A stretch of 63,051 nucleotides of DNA, the filler included. It is 7 parts of 7 records of this genome, joined end to end, with 100 filler letters (N's around TTAATTAATTAA, not from the genome) between each part and the next. Parts side by side here need not be neighbours in the genome. Positions count along the whole stretch, not along the records: positions 29,343 to 37,257 come from SRR31156797_44157; positions 37,358 to 42,565 come from SRR31156797_44176; 5 more parts are not named here. One strand, given 5' to 3'. Numbering within the stretch: the first letter of the stretch is position 1; each line of letters starts with the position of its first letter. The notes below the pieces were generated by a model. The model was not told where the DNA came from and ran no database searches. It saw nothing but the letters and a program-made list of their open reading frames with translations. Of this stretch, positions 29,811 to 40,424 are shown piece after piece. Made by a program: the position numbers and the translations under genes.

Positions 29811-32800
29811 ATGGATGTGTTAGATTCAAAGCTGCAGACGCCCCGAATGTCAAAGATCCTGCCCCGGGATCGGCTCACCACCCTTTTCAACGGTATTTGC
29901 CAACAAAAACTGGTCCTGGTCACGGCCGGAGCAGGCTATGGGAAAACCACCCTCGTGGCCCATGCCCTGGAAGAAACCGGCCATGAAAGGCTGTGGTACA
30001 GCCTGGACACCTTTGACAGGGAATTCAGGCTGTTCATGACCTATCTTGTCAACGGCCTCAGGCAACTCCATCCCGGTTTTGGCGCGAACATCATGGGCGC
30101 CCTGGCCGGGGCCGCCTCTCCCAATGAACAGGAGGAGTGGCTTCTCCGCTTTACCAGGGAACTCGAAACCACGGTTACCCGGGAGACGGTCATCGTCCTT
30201 GACGACTATCACCTGGTTCAAGCCAGCGTGGAAATCAACCAGGCCCTGGCATTCATCCTTGAACGGCTTCCCCGGAACCTTCACCTGGTGATCATCAGCC
30301 GCACCGGGCTCCCCTTGCGAATTTCACGGTTACGGGCGGGGCAGCAACTCCTGGAGATAAGCGAAAGGGACCTTGCCTTTACCGCCGCAGAAATCAGGCG
30401 CCTCTATCAGGAGGTGCACAAAATAGCGGTCAATGGGGAGACCCTGGTTGAGATACACGGGATAACAGGCGGGTGGGCCGCAAGCCTGATCCTCTTCAGC
30501 TATGCCCTGAAGGAAAACCTGGCCGCCACGACCGCCCCCATGGACCTCACGGGCTCCCAACAGGACATTTTCACCTATCTCGAGGAGAACATCTTTGAAC
30601 GCCAGCCACCGGCGGTCAAAACGTTCATGCTGAAAACCAGCCTCCTGCCCATGATGGATGTCAGGCTGTGTAACGGGATCCTCAACATCGACAACGCCGG
30701 GGAGCTGCTCCTGGGGCTTGTGGAGAATCACCTGCTGACCTTTCCCCTGGACGAGGCAAACCAATCGTTTCGCTACCACCACCTGTTAAGGGATTTCCTG
30801 GTGGAAAAGCTTCACAAAACCTACCCGCCCGGGGAGATCGAGACGCTTCACATCAGTATCGCCCAGACATATGAAAAGGAGAACAGGGGGGAGGCCCTGG
30901 CCCACTACATCGACGGGAAGGCCTATGACCGGGCGTCAAAACTGCTTGGGGACCATGAGATCGGCTTTATGATGGAGGGCAAGACCCTTTATCTTCGAAA
31001 ATGCCTCGACAAGGTGCCGGAGCAGGTGATCCGGACCCATCCCCAGCTGCTGTTCATGACGGCCAGGCTTCACTCGGTCCGGGGCAATCCCCAGGAGGCC
31101 ATCGTCCGGCTGAAGGCCGCCCGCAAGCTCTTTCAGAAGGAGCACTCCCGGGGGAATGCCCTCAAATGCCTGGTGGATTTAGGCTCCCAATACTACTTCA
31201 CCGGCCATGTCCGGGAGGCACAGCTGCTCATGGAGCAGGTGCTGGATGAAATCGACGCAACCGCCCCCACCTTTACCCTCACCATGACCTTTCTCATCTT
31301 ATTATCCGCGGTGCTGGGGGAAATCGAAAAAGCGGACGCCTACACGGAACAGGCCAGGGCGGTCATCGCGGACTATCCCGAATACGAACGGGGGGTGGCA
31401 ACCGTTCTGATCTCTCTGTCAACGGCATACCGGTATTACATCACCGGCGATTTTCACCGATCCCAGGCCCTCAACCTGAAACTCCTGGGACAGGCGCTTG
31501 AGCTGAAGATCGACTCCTGCCTTCCCCTGGCCTATTACCAGTGCGCGGCAACCGGTTTTTTCCTGGGAAACCATGAAGCAGGGTATGTGTACGCGGCAAA
31601 GGGCATGGAAGTCTCTGAAAGGATCGGACTCCGGGACAGCCAGCAAGGATGGCTCTATCTTGCATGGGCCCGGAACGCCCTGGGCCTTGGCAGGACCGGG
31701 GAAGCCATGGCCCACGTTCGTAAAAGCCTTGGCATATTTGAAATTCCGGGCAACCGCTGGGGCATGGCCAATGCCCATGAGCTTCGCCACCAGATCCGCC
31801 TTGCCCAGGGCGACCCGGCCAGGGCCAGGAAAGATCTGTCCGCCGCCCTTGATATCATCGACGGTTACGGCCTGACCCTCACCCGGGCCATGCTCGAAAT
31901 CAGCATGGCCAACCTGCTGATCAAAGAAAAGGCCTTTGACAAAGCCCTGGAGCTGTTAAACGGTTCCCGGGAAAAAGTCAGGCCGGCAGGCTTTTACCTG
32001 TTCAGGAATTTCATGCTGACCGCACAATGCCGGGCAGAAAGCGGAAATACGGAAAACGCCCGGGAATGGCTTAAAAAGGGACTGGCCCTGGCAGATGACA
32101 AGGAATACCATGAATTTGTCCGGAAGCAAAACGCCTGGACGGCTCCCCTGATGGCCGAAATGAAGCCCGGCAGCAATCGGCAAACCGGAGATTCGGCGAA
32201 CGCCTTCCCCAGCCTGACCATCCACCTGTTCGGCACCTTCCGGGTCCTGAAAGGAGACAAGGAAATCCCCCCGGGGGCATGGAAAAGCGCCAAAGCCCTG
32301 ACCATTTTCAAGTACCTTGCCGCCAACCGGGGAATGGGGTTTATCCAGCGCGACGTGCTCATCGAACTCCTGTGGCCGGATGGGGACATCAAAAAAACAG
32401 GCAAGCGGTTCAACGTCGCCATGAGCGCCCTTCGAAAGACACTGGAGCCGGACATCTCCCCCAAGGCCGCGTCCGCCTATATTGAGAGAAGAAACAATGC
32501 CTACCGGCTCGATCCCGGGGCGGTGGGCACCATCGATGCGGAACAATTCCTTGTTGAATTCACCGCCGGGAAAAAGAACGCGGCCCAGGACCCAGACGCC
32601 GCAATGCAGCATTTTCTCACCGGTGAATCATTATACAAAGGCTCGTTCCTCGAGGAGAATCCCTACGACGACTGGTGCATCAGGGAACGGGAACACCTGA
32701 ACAAAAAGTACCTGTCCCTGCTCCGCTTCATCATGGAGTTCCATGGGGCAAAAAAAGCGTATGCAAAAAGTATCCGGTATGGAGAAAAATTCCTCAAGGC

Positions 32801-32978
32801 CGATCCCTTTGATGAAGGAATCCATCGAAAACTGATGGAATTTTACGCAGCCCTTGGAAACAACCCGGGGGTGATCCGGGCGTTTGACAGGTGCCGGGCC
32901 ACGGCCAGGACCATGGATTGCCCATTGAGCAAGGAGACAGTATCACTCTTCAACCGGCTGATTCCACGGAAAAATTAA
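29811..32978 (+). CDS. MalT-like STAND regulator with TPR region and C-terminal wHTH/BTAD domain
   Basis: SKLQTP, AGAGYGKTT, LDDYH, FRYHHL; IHLFGTF, LWPD, LYKG.FL, DPFDE. Confidence 0.88.
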   Translation: MDVLDSKLQTPRMSKILPRDRLTTLFNGICQQKLVLVTAGAGYGKTTLVAHALEETGHERLWYSLDTFDREFRLFMTYLVNGLRQLHPGFGANIMGALAGAASPNEQEEWLLRFTRELETTVTRETVIVLDDYHLVQASVEINQALAFILERLPRNLHLVIISRTGLPLRISRLRAGQQLLEISERDLAFTAAEIRRLYQEVHKIAVNGETLVEIHGITGGWAASLILFSYALKENLAATTAPMDLTGSQQDIFTYLEENIFERQPPAVKTFMLKTSLLPMMDVRLCNGILNIDNAGELLLGLVENHLLTFPLDEANQSFRYHHLLRDFLVEKLHKTYPPGEIETLHISIAQTYEKENRGEALAHYIDGKAYDRASKLLGDHEIGFMMEGKTLYLRKCLDKVPEQVIRTHPQLLFMTARLHSVRGNPQEAIVRLKAARKLFQKEHSRGNALKCLVDLGSQYYFTGHVREAQLLMEQVLDEIDATAPTFTLTMTFLILLSAVLGEIEKADAYTEQARAVIADYPEYERGVATVLISLSTAYRYYITGDFHRSQALNLKLLGQALELKIDSCLPLAYYQCAATGFFLGNHEAGYVYAAKGMEVSERIGLRDSQQGWLYLAWARNALGLGRTGEAMAHVRKSLGIFEIPGNRWGMANAHELRHQIRLAQGDPARARKDLSAALDIIDGYGLTLTRAMLEISMANLLIKEKAFDKALELLNGSREKVRPAGFYLFRNFMLTAQCRAESGNTENAREWLKKGLALADDKEYHEFVRKQNAWTAPLMAEMKPGSNRQTGDSANAFPSLTIHLFGTFRVLKGDKEIPPGAWKSAKALTIFKYLAANRGMGFIQRDVLIELLWPDGDIKKTGKRFNVAMSALRKTLEPDISPKAASAYIERRNNAYRLDPGAVGTIDAEQFLVEFTAGKKNAAQDPDAAMQHFLTGESLYKGSFLEENPYDDWCIREREHLNKKYLSLLRFIMEFHGAKKAYAKSIRYGEKFLKADPFDEGIHRKLMEFYAALGNNPGVIRAFDRCRATARTMDCPLSKETVSLFNRLIPRKN

Positions 32979-33090
32979 AAAATTCGTTCCAGGTTTACTT
33001 AAAATTTACACCCCAGCGCTATACCTTCCGGAGTACCACCGGTTTTATTCACCATCAATTTAAAGATAACTTTTTCCAAGAGGTGATCAG

Positions 33091-34596
33091 ATGGACGAAA
33101 AACGAATAGCGCTGTCACGTTCAAGTTACTATCCGCCGTATCTGTTGCTGTTGACCGGAACGATTTTGCTGATCTTTTCAAACGGCCGGGCAAGTGTTCC
33201 CATTGCGGCCTGGCTCTTCCCGGTTTTCTTTATGCGGTTCTTCCGGACCCAGGAAAAAGCCTTGAAAATGATCCCGGGCGCGGGCGCGTTTGTCGCAGGT
33301 TATACTTTCATGATGTGGCAGATTCTATCCACCGCCCCCCTTTCCCCGCTGTTCAGCATCTCGGCCGGTATGGCTTCAGGGGTGATATTCCTACTCCCCT
33401 TGATCGCCGACCGCATCATGGCCCCCAGGCTAAAAGGAGCCGCGGCAACCCTGGTATTCCCTTTTGCATGGGTAACCATGGAGTATTTCAAAACCACCAT
33501 AAGCGGCTCATGGTTTTCTCTGGCCTATACCCAGTACGGTAATCTTCCCCTCATGCAGGTGGTCTCCGTAACCGGGATCTGGGGAATATCCTTTTTAATG
33601 ACCTGGTTTGCGTCGGTGACGAATTTCTTCTGGGAAAAGAAAGGGGACGGGTCCACAACCCGGAGAGTCATCGCCCTGTATCTGTCCATCCTGTTGGCGG
33701 TCCTGTTCCATGGCGGGGCACGGTTGTCCCTGGACCCGCCGGATGGAGAGACAATAAAAGTCGCTTCCATCCTGAACCCGGATAAAAATTTCATCACCCT
33801 GTTTTTTGACCACCATCAGAAAGAAAGGGACGCCTTTCGCGATCCGTCCGCCAAAGAGCAGGATTATTTTTTTAAAAGCAGCCACAGGGCAGCCGTCAAC
33901 GGCGCCAGGATCGTGTTCTGGCAGGAATATGCTGTGGCCCTGCCGGAAGAGGATGAAACATCCTTTATTGAACGCGGGCGGAAACTTGCCCGGAACACCG
34001 GTATATATCTTGGCATGACCTACGCCACATTACCCCGGAAGTTTCCTTCCCAGCCATGGAAGAACAAACAGGTCTGGATCGACCCTGACGGGAACGTGCT
34101 GCCGGAGTACATCAAATCCAAACCAGGTCCTCCCCTGGAACCCATTGTCCCGGGCAAGGGGGAAATTCCGGTCCTGTCCACACCATGGGGTAAAATCGCA
34201 TCGGTCATTTGCGCCGACCAGGATTATCCGGGGCTTATCCGTACTGCCGGCAGGAAAAAAGCCGGGCTGCTGCAGATCTCCTCCCTGAACTGGAAATCGG
34301 TAAGCCCTCTACACAGCCATATGGGGGTTTTTCGTGCCATCGAGAACGGATGTTCACTGGTGAAGACAACCGGAGAAGGACTCTCCATTGCCGTGGATTG
34401 CCAGGGCAGGACCCTGAATTCCCAGGATTACTGGAAAACGGAAGATAAAATCATGATTTCAAACGTTCCGGTTGAAAGTACCGCCACCCTGTACGCCCGG
34501 TGGGGTGACCTCCCGGCCTGGTGCTGTATCATTGGCCTTCTGCTCCTGGCTGGATTAAGCGCGCATAACATACGCATGGAGGCTTCCGGCCCTTAA
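33091..34596 (+). CDS. Apolipoprotein N-acyltransferase-like membrane nitrilase-family protein
   Basis: TM helices, LAYTQ, triad WQE / YIK / ICAD, RAIENG. Confidence 0.82.
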   Translation: MDEKRIALSRSSYYPPYLLLLTGTILLIFSNGRASVPIAAWLFPVFFMRFFRTQEKALKMIPGAGAFVAGYTFMMWQILSTAPLSPLFSISAGMASGVIFLLPLIADRIMAPRLKGAAATLVFPFAWVTMEYFKTTISGSWFSLAYTQYGNLPLMQVVSVTGIWGISFLMTWFASVTNFFWEKKGDGSTTRRVIALYLSILLAVLFHGGARLSLDPPDGETIKVASILNPDKNFITLFFDHHQKERDAFRDPSAKEQDYFFKSSHRAAVNGARIVFWQEYAVALPEEDETSFIERGRKLARNTGIYLGMTYATLPRKFPSQPWKNKQVWIDPDGNVLPEYIKSKPGPPLEPIVPGKGEIPVLSTPWGKIASVICADQDYPGLIRTAGRKKAGLLQISSLNWKSVSPLHSHMGVFRAIENGCSLVKTTGEGLSIAVDCQGRTLNSQDYWKTEDKIMISNVPVESTATLYARWGDLPAWCCIIGLLLLAGLSAHNIRMEASGP

Positions 34597-34678
34597 TGCC
34601 TGAAACCGTTGAGCATGGCTGTTGATAATCTCCTGGGAAAATTTGCCTGTCCCGGTCGATGGGTTACTTGTTTTTCCG

Positions 34679-34870
34679 TCATCCGGCCCTTTCTTTTGAC
34701 CGACGCTCTTCGACAAAAGCGATTTGACTTTCGGTTTCATACTCCAGATGATCACGGGTCTTCTGGATCAATTCAGGGGTTACAAAATTGGATGCGGCAA
34801 AGGTGAACACCGCACCCGGCCTTCCGGGATTGTAAAAAATCATGTTTCTTTCAAGTTGACGTCTTTCCAT
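34679..34870 (-). CDS. Small hypothetical protein (63 aa)
   Basis: Strong RBS AAGGAGGT before ATG (MERRQLERN...). Confidence 0.55.
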   Translation of the reverse strand: MERRQLERNMIFYNPGRPGAVFTFAASNFVTPELIQKTRDHLEYETESQIAFVEERRSKERAG

Positions 34871-35107
34871 GGTTACCTCCTTTTGAATAAAAAAGGGACA
34901 GGCAAAACCTTTTCTTCTAAGGAAACGCGGCATCCTGAGTGGCATTTCCATACGACAAGGGAATAGACCTGGGATAGGGTGTGGTTCAATCTTTTGGATC
35001 GGATTTACAACATCAACTCGCACTAGTAGAAGTGTAGAACAACGATGCCGCGCTTTCTCATAAAGTGGCAATCATATCCGCGGTTGTCAAGGAGGCAAAA
35101 AAAATAA

Positions 35108-35917
35108 CTACCGGACAGGCAATACCCTGACGGCATCCGGTTCAAAGGGAGCAAGGAATTCGACAAGCCGTTTGTTATAGACCCGGTGGTTCTCGATCTT
35201 TGACATGTGGCCGGCATTGGGAATGATGGTCATCCTGGAGTGCTTGATCGCCCGGTTCAGGAACTGGGAGAACTCGATGGGGGTGACAAGATCCAGGGCC
35301 CCCACCATGATCAGGGTAGGAATGTCCATGGCCGGATGATGCTTCCGGTAATCGGCCGTCAGGGTGGACCGGGAGGCCTGGAGATAGGGTTCTTTCCGGT
35401 TCAGCTGAAACATCCCGATGATCTCATTCAGGGTCTCCTTGTCAATGCCGGGCCGGGTGGCAGCCAGTCCCACCAGCCGTCCGACCTCATCCATGGGCAG
35501 GGTCCGGATCCGCTCCAGCCGCTCCTGGAGCCCTGCCCCGGACATGGATTCCGGATAAAATCCCGCGGCATCGCTCAGGGTCATGGTTTTCATTCGGTGC
35601 TGATGTTTTATGGTCAGTTCCTGGCAGATCAGCCCCCCCATGGACAAGCCCACAAAATGGGCCCTGTCGATGGAAAGACGATCCATGAGGGCGATGATGT
35701 CCGCGGCAAAGAGTTCCATGGTGATGAACGCGTCCCCGTCTCCACTCCGGTGGTGGCCCCTGAGATCCATGGTGACGGTTCGAAATCCCGCCCTGAAACA
35801 GGCCACCTGATGTTTCCAGGAGTCGGCATTTTCCCCCAATCCATGGATAAAGACCATGGCAGGACCTGAGCCGCACTCCTCGTAATAGAGGTCAATTCCG
35901 TTGATGGATCTTTTCAT
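35108..35917 (-). CDS. Alpha/beta hydrolase (PcaD-like)
   Basis: FIHGLG, DLRGH, GLSMGG, AGHMS; RBS GGAGG. Confidence 0.88.
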   Translation of the reverse strand: MKRSINGIDLYYEECGSGPAMVFIHGLGENADSWKHQVACFRAGFRTVTMDLRGHHRSGDGDAFITMELFAADIIALMDRLSIDRAHFVGLSMGGLICQELTIKHQHRMKTMTLSDAAGFYPESMSGAGLQERLERIRTLPMDEVGRLVGLAATRPGIDKETLNEIIGMFQLNRKEPYLQASRSTLTADYRKHHPAMDIPTLIMVGALDLVTPIEFSQFLNRAIKHSRMTIIPNAGHMSKIENHRVYNKRLVEFLAPFEPDAVRVLPVR

Positions 35918-36005
35918 GGGCGCCACCTCCCAAAAATTCAAGGCCCCCGGCGGACGGCGGACAGCAAAAAACTGTCCCGCCGGGGGCCCTTATTCGAAGA
36001 AACGG

Positions 36006-37257
36006 TCAGAGAATGGGAAGATACTCGGGGTTCCAGCACATGCCCCGGATGAGCCGGTTCAATCGCTCCAGATCGTTGGCGTGCTTGAAACGGCTGTACA
36101 CGCACTCGCTTGACACCCCGCCCCGGATCGCCTCGGCCCCCACAAACCCGGCCACCTTGAGGGAGACCTCCCGTAACTGATCCAGGGGCGGACAGAGGAT
36201 ACCGGCCTTGAGATCCTCCTCGGAAATATACTCCGCAACGGCATGGGCCGCGGCAGAGAAAAAGGTGGGCAGGACCTCCAGGGCGCCGGAAGCCACCACC
36301 CCCAGCCCGACCCCGGGAAAGACAAAGGCGTTGTTCATCTGGCCGATGCGGATCTCCCGGCCACCGTGCTTCACCGGTGGAAAGGGGCTACCCGTGGCGA
36401 CCAGGGCCTTTCCGTCGGTCCAGTCGTAGATATCCTGGGGCAGGGCCTCGGTCTTGGTGGTGGGATTGCTCAGGGGCAGGATCACGGGGCGGTCGCTGTT
36501 TTTGGCCGCCGCCGCCACCACCTCCCGTGTGAAGCACCCGGGCTGGCCCGAGGTGCCGATGAGCACCGTAACTTTCTCATGCCTGATCACGTTGAGCAGG
36601 GTGTTGTCTTCCGGGGACTTGAGCCAGGCAAGGGCGGCGGGATCCTTTGCAAACTTCTCCTTGTAAGGTTCCAGGGTGCGGTCGGTGGTGACAACGCCCC
36701 TGGAATCCAGGGTGAAGATCCTGGCCCTTGCTTCATCCGCGTCAAGCCCCGCTTCCATGAGCTCGGTTTCGATCTGCTCGGCAATGCCGATGCCGCCGGC
36801 GCCGGCGCCGTGAATGAGAAACACCTGGTCCGTGAATTTCTCCTTCTTGACCTTCATGGCGGCCAGGATGCCTGCCAGGGCAATGGAACCGGTTCCCTGG
36901 ATATCGTCGTTAAAGGAGATGAGATCGTGGAGGTAAACATCCCGTATGGTAAAGGCATTCTGCTTTGAGAAGTCCTCCCACTGGCACAGGGCCTTGGGAA
37001 AGACCGCCTTGAATGCCTTTGCAAACTTGCCTAAAAATTTGAGGTAATCATCCCCCTTTAACCGGGGGTGCTGCCACCCGAGATAGTTGACGTCGTCCAG
37101 GAGTTCCTGGTTGTCCGTGCCCACATCCAGGGAGATGGGCAGGCAGTGCCAGGGGGCGATCCCCGCTCCCTGGGTGTAAAGCATGAGCTTGCCAAGGCAA
37201 ATGGCGATGCCCCCCGCCCCCTGGTCCCCGATGCCCAGGATGCCCTGGTTGTCGGTG
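36006..37257 (-). CDS. NAD-dependent malic enzyme (5' truncated)
   Basis: GILGIGDQG, DVGTDN, QWEDF, FNDDIQGTG, GAGAGG, LSNPT, ATGSPF. Confidence 0.93.
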
Positions 37258-37357
37258 NNNNNNNNNNNNNNNNNNNNNNNNNNNNNNNNNNNNNNNNNNN
37301 NTTAATTAATTAANNNNNNNNNNNNNNNNNNNNNNNNNNNNNNNNNNNNNNNNNNNN
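37258..37357. other. Artificial contig spacer
   Basis: N run with TTAATTAATTAA. Confidence 0.99.
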
Positions 37358-37431
37358 AAAGGAGGTGGCTTTTGCTTTAGTAAAAAAGGCTCAATAAGCT
37401 GATCTATATGTACCGGGCCGTTTTAAACCTG

Positions 37432-38859
37432 TTAAGAAGTGGCTGACAAAACCTTTTCAGGAATGTACTCGGCAAGAGAGAATGAATCCTTGACGACAGA
37501 GCGAATTTTCTCGAGGTTCCAGTCCTTATCGATATAACATTTCTGAATACAGATATTGCCTATGGAAGCCGCTTCAATCGGACCGGCGATAACCTTCATT
37601 CCCAGGGCATTGGCAGTCAGCTGGTTCAGATAATCATCCCGGCTACCGCCGCCGATAACATGAAGGACAGATCGATCCTCTCCCGTAACCTCTTTGATCT
37701 TCTCAATATTGGTCCTATAGCACTCCGCCAGAGACTTATAAGTGCTGGAAAGTATCACCTCAGGTGCGGATGAGCCGGTAAACTCACTGATAGCGCCCAC
37801 CACGTCATCCGTACTGAAAAGAACGTCGCAGTTAGTATCGTAGACAACCGCCTTTTCCTCGTTCTCCCGTGCCGTCTCCATCATCTCCTGATAGCTGAGT
37901 TTACATGATTTTTTAGCGAGGTCCTTCTTGATCTGCTGAAGAAGGTAGAGTCCCGTGGCGTTCTTCAGATAGGTCGTGGTGTCAAACGCACCTGCTTCGT
38001 TAGTAAATCCGGCTTTGTAGGACTCCCCATGGACTATGGGAGAGTCCAGTTCGATTCCGATGAGCGACCAGGTGCCGGAGCTGAGAAAGAGCTGGTTTCT
38101 GGAACCGGGAACGGCGACGACCGCAGACGCGGTGTCATGACTAGGCGTACAGATAAAGGGGATCTCTTCAACGATATTCAGTTCCCTACGGATATCCTTT
38201 TTAAGGAAGCCCACAGCTTCTCCATGCCCCTTGGTCTCCGGTAGCATGGAAGCGGGAAGGTCGTATTTCTCAAGGATACGCACCGAATAATCATCCTTCC
38301 TTATATCGAAAAGCTGGGAGGTACTGGCGATGGAACGCTCCGTATATTTTTTTCCGGTGAAGAGATAGTTCAGCATATCGGGAATAAACAGAATGGAGTC
38401 GGCATTCCCCCAGACTTCGGGCATCTTCTTTCTGATTCCTTCCATCTGATACAAAGAGTTCATGGGATGATTCTGGATACCCGTATCCTGCCAGTTCTCA
38501 TCTTTCTGTTTATCGCTGTGATTGTTATAGGAATCCACTCCCAATGTATTTCTATAGCAGAGAGGATTACTCAAAAGGATATCGTTCTTTGAGAAGATCC
38601 CGAAGTCGATGCCCCAGGTGGTGATCCCCACCGTATCAATCCGACCGACCTTATCGTAGGCCTTCTTCAAGCCCTTCTTCAAACCGTCGAATATCCTCAG
38701 GATGTCCCAATACAGGTACTCATTGATCCTGATGGGATCATTAGAAATCTGATCGATGACATCGACTTCCAGAATATCATTTTCAAAGCTGCCGAGGAGA
38801 ACACGAAAAGACGAATTGCCGCAGTCGAAGGCAACATGATACGTTTTGTTGTCAGCCAT
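37432..38859 (-). CDS. rhaB: Rhamnulokinase-like FGGY kinase
   Basis: AFDCGNSSFR, TWGIDF, SHDTASAVVAVP, SSGTWSLIG, FTNE, GPIEA. Confidence 0.85.
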   Translation of the reverse strand: MADNKTYHVAFDCGNSSFRVLLGSFENDILEVDVIDQISNDPIRINEYLYWDILRIFDGLKKGLKKAYDKVGRIDTVGITTWGIDFGIFSKNDILLSNPLCYRNTLGVDSYNNHSDKQKDENWQDTGIQNHPMNSLYQMEGIRKKMPEVWGNADSILFIPDMLNYLFTGKKYTERSIASTSQLFDIRKDDYSVRILEKYDLPASMLPETKGHGEAVGFLKKDIRRELNIVEEIPFICTPSHDTASAVVAVPGSRNQLFLSSGTWSLIGIELDSPIVHGESYKAGFTNEAGAFDTTTYLKNATGLYLLQQIKKDLAKKSCKLSYQEMMETARENEEKAVVYDTNCDVLFSTDDVVGAISEFTGSSAPEVILSSTYKSLAECYRTNIEKIKEVTGEDRSVLHVIGGGSRDDYLNQLTANALGMKVIAGPIEAASIGNICIQKCYIDKDWNLEKIRSVVKDSFSLAEYIPEKVLSATS

Positions 38860-40354
38860 TGTACTTGTTCGCTCCTATTGCATAGTGGAATATATCTTCC
38901 TGGCATAAATCCTTGTTTTCAAGAATAGCCTCGCAATGCCCCTCCCGCATAACAAGCACGCGGTCAGACATATTCAGAACCTCGGGCATCTCTGATGATA
39001 TCATGATGATGGAAGCGCCGCTTTCAAGAAGCTCTTCCATTACATTATAGATTTCGAATTTGGCACCCACATCAATGCCTCTGGTGGGCTCATCAAAGAT
39101 ATAGACCTCCCCGTCGGTTAAAAGCCACTTGGCAATGATCACCTTCTGCTGATTGCCTCCGCTGAGGGTTTCAGCGTTTACCTTGCTGTTAGGTGTCTTC
39201 ACGGTTAGTTCTCTTATCGATTTTTGAGCGGTTTCTTTCTCTTTCTTTATGGAGATCAAACCGCCTTTGATCAGCCTGTCCAATGAGGATATGCTGATAT
39301 TCTTGCAAACCGAATGCTTCAGGAACAGTCCGTCTTTCTTTCTGTCCTCGCTGAGGTAGACGATTTTATTCTTGACCGACTCCTTCACAGATCTGTTATT
39401 GAGTGGCTTACCGTTCATTACGATTTCACCCGAATCCCGCTTGTACTCCCCGATGATGCATTTGGCCAGCTCCGTCCTCCCCGAACCGACGAGACCGGAG
39501 AGAGCCAGACACTCCCCTTTCTTCAGCTGGAAACTGATATCGTGAAGCTTTCCATCCCAGGAAAGGTTCTTGATCTCCAGAACGACTTCATCCCTGTAAT
39601 GGGCGCTATGGACATCATCCGAATCCACGCATCGTCCCACCATCATCTGGATAAGGGTCTCCACGGTCAGTTCGGAAACGGGCTCGGTTCCGATCAGGGT
39701 ACCGTCACGCAGAACCGTACATGAATCGCCTATCTCGAACAGCTCCTCCAGACGATGGGAGATGTAAACGATCCCTATTCCGTTGCTTTTGAGTTCGTTA
39801 ATAATCTTGAACAGGGTTCTGGTTTCCGTTTCGGTCAATGAGGAAGTAGGTTCATCAAATATAATTATCTTGGCGTTAAACGCAAGGGCTTTTGCAATTT
39901 CAATCATCTGCATCTGTGCGATGCTCAGGTTTCCGACTTTCTCCAGGGGAGAAACATCAAGTCCGACTTTTTCAAGCAGTTTTCTGCACTTCTTTATTTC
40001 TTCACTCTTATTGATAAAGAGTCCATTCCTGGTAAGTTCTTTACCAGAGAAGATATTTTCATAGATACTTGTGAAGTTATTTAAATTGAGTTCCTGATAG
40101 ATAGTGGCCACACCGGCCTCGATAGCCTTCCGGGGAGTATAGCTCTCCTTCAGGACATCCTCTCCATCAACGTGAATCGACCCTTTATCGGGTTTGTAGA
40201 CACCTGCGAGGATTTTCATCAGCGTTGACTTTCCAGCACCGTTCTCGCCAATGAGAATTCTCACTTCCCCTCTTTCAATTGAAAAATCAACATTTTCAAG
40301 GGCTTTTACCCCGGGAAATTCTTTGGAGATGCCGCTCATTTCCAGTAAAGTCAT
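38852..40354 (-). CDS. Sugar ABC transporter ATP-binding protein (RbsA-type)
   Basis: GENGAGKST, DEPT, LSGGNQQK, DEPTRGIDVGAK. Confidence 0.95.
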   Translation of the reverse strand: MTLLEMSGISKEFPGVKALENVDFSIERGEVRILIGENGAGKSTLMKILAGVYKPDKGSIHVDGEDVLKESYTPRKAIEAGVATIYQELNLNNFTSIYENIFSGKELTRNGLFINKSEEIKKCRKLLEKVGLDVSPLEKVGNLSIAQMQMIEIAKALAFNAKIIIFDEPTSSLTETETRTLFKIINELKSNGIGIVYISHRLEELFEIGDSCTVLRDGTLIGTEPVSELTVETLIQMMVGRCVDSDDVHSAHYRDEVVLEIKNLSWDGKLHDISFQLKKGECLALSGLVGSGRTELAKCIIGEYKRDSGEIVMNGKPLNNRSVKESVKNKIVYLSEDRKKDGLFLKHSVCKNISISSLDRLIKGGLISIKKEKETAQKSIRELTVKTPNSKVNAETLSGGNQQKVIIAKWLLTDGEVYIFDEPTRGIDVGAKFEIYNVMEELLESGASIIMISSEMPEVLNMSDRVLVMREGHCEAILENKDLCQEDIFHYAIGANKYNG

Positions 40355-40381
40355 GACCTTTCCTTTTTTTGTTATTTTGAT

Positions 40382-40414
40382 AGAGAGGCTTTACCCTCTG
40401 GGTAAAACCTCTCT
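40382..40414 (-). terminator. Intercistronic stem-loop after substrate-binding gene
   Basis: AGAGAGG-C-TTTACCC-TCT-GGGTAAA-A-CCTCTCT. Confidence 0.6.
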
Positions 40415-40424
40415 GGATTGTTAT

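Noticed and set aside
29811-32978. STAND NTPase as an antiphage (Avs-like) system
   Set aside because: The architecture is a MalT/BTAD transcription regulator with no effector nuclease.
34880-34960. c-di-GMP-I riboswitch-like GGCAAAACC
   Set aside because: Wrong strand for the adjacent gene and lacks the GNRA loop and GACGCAAA elements.
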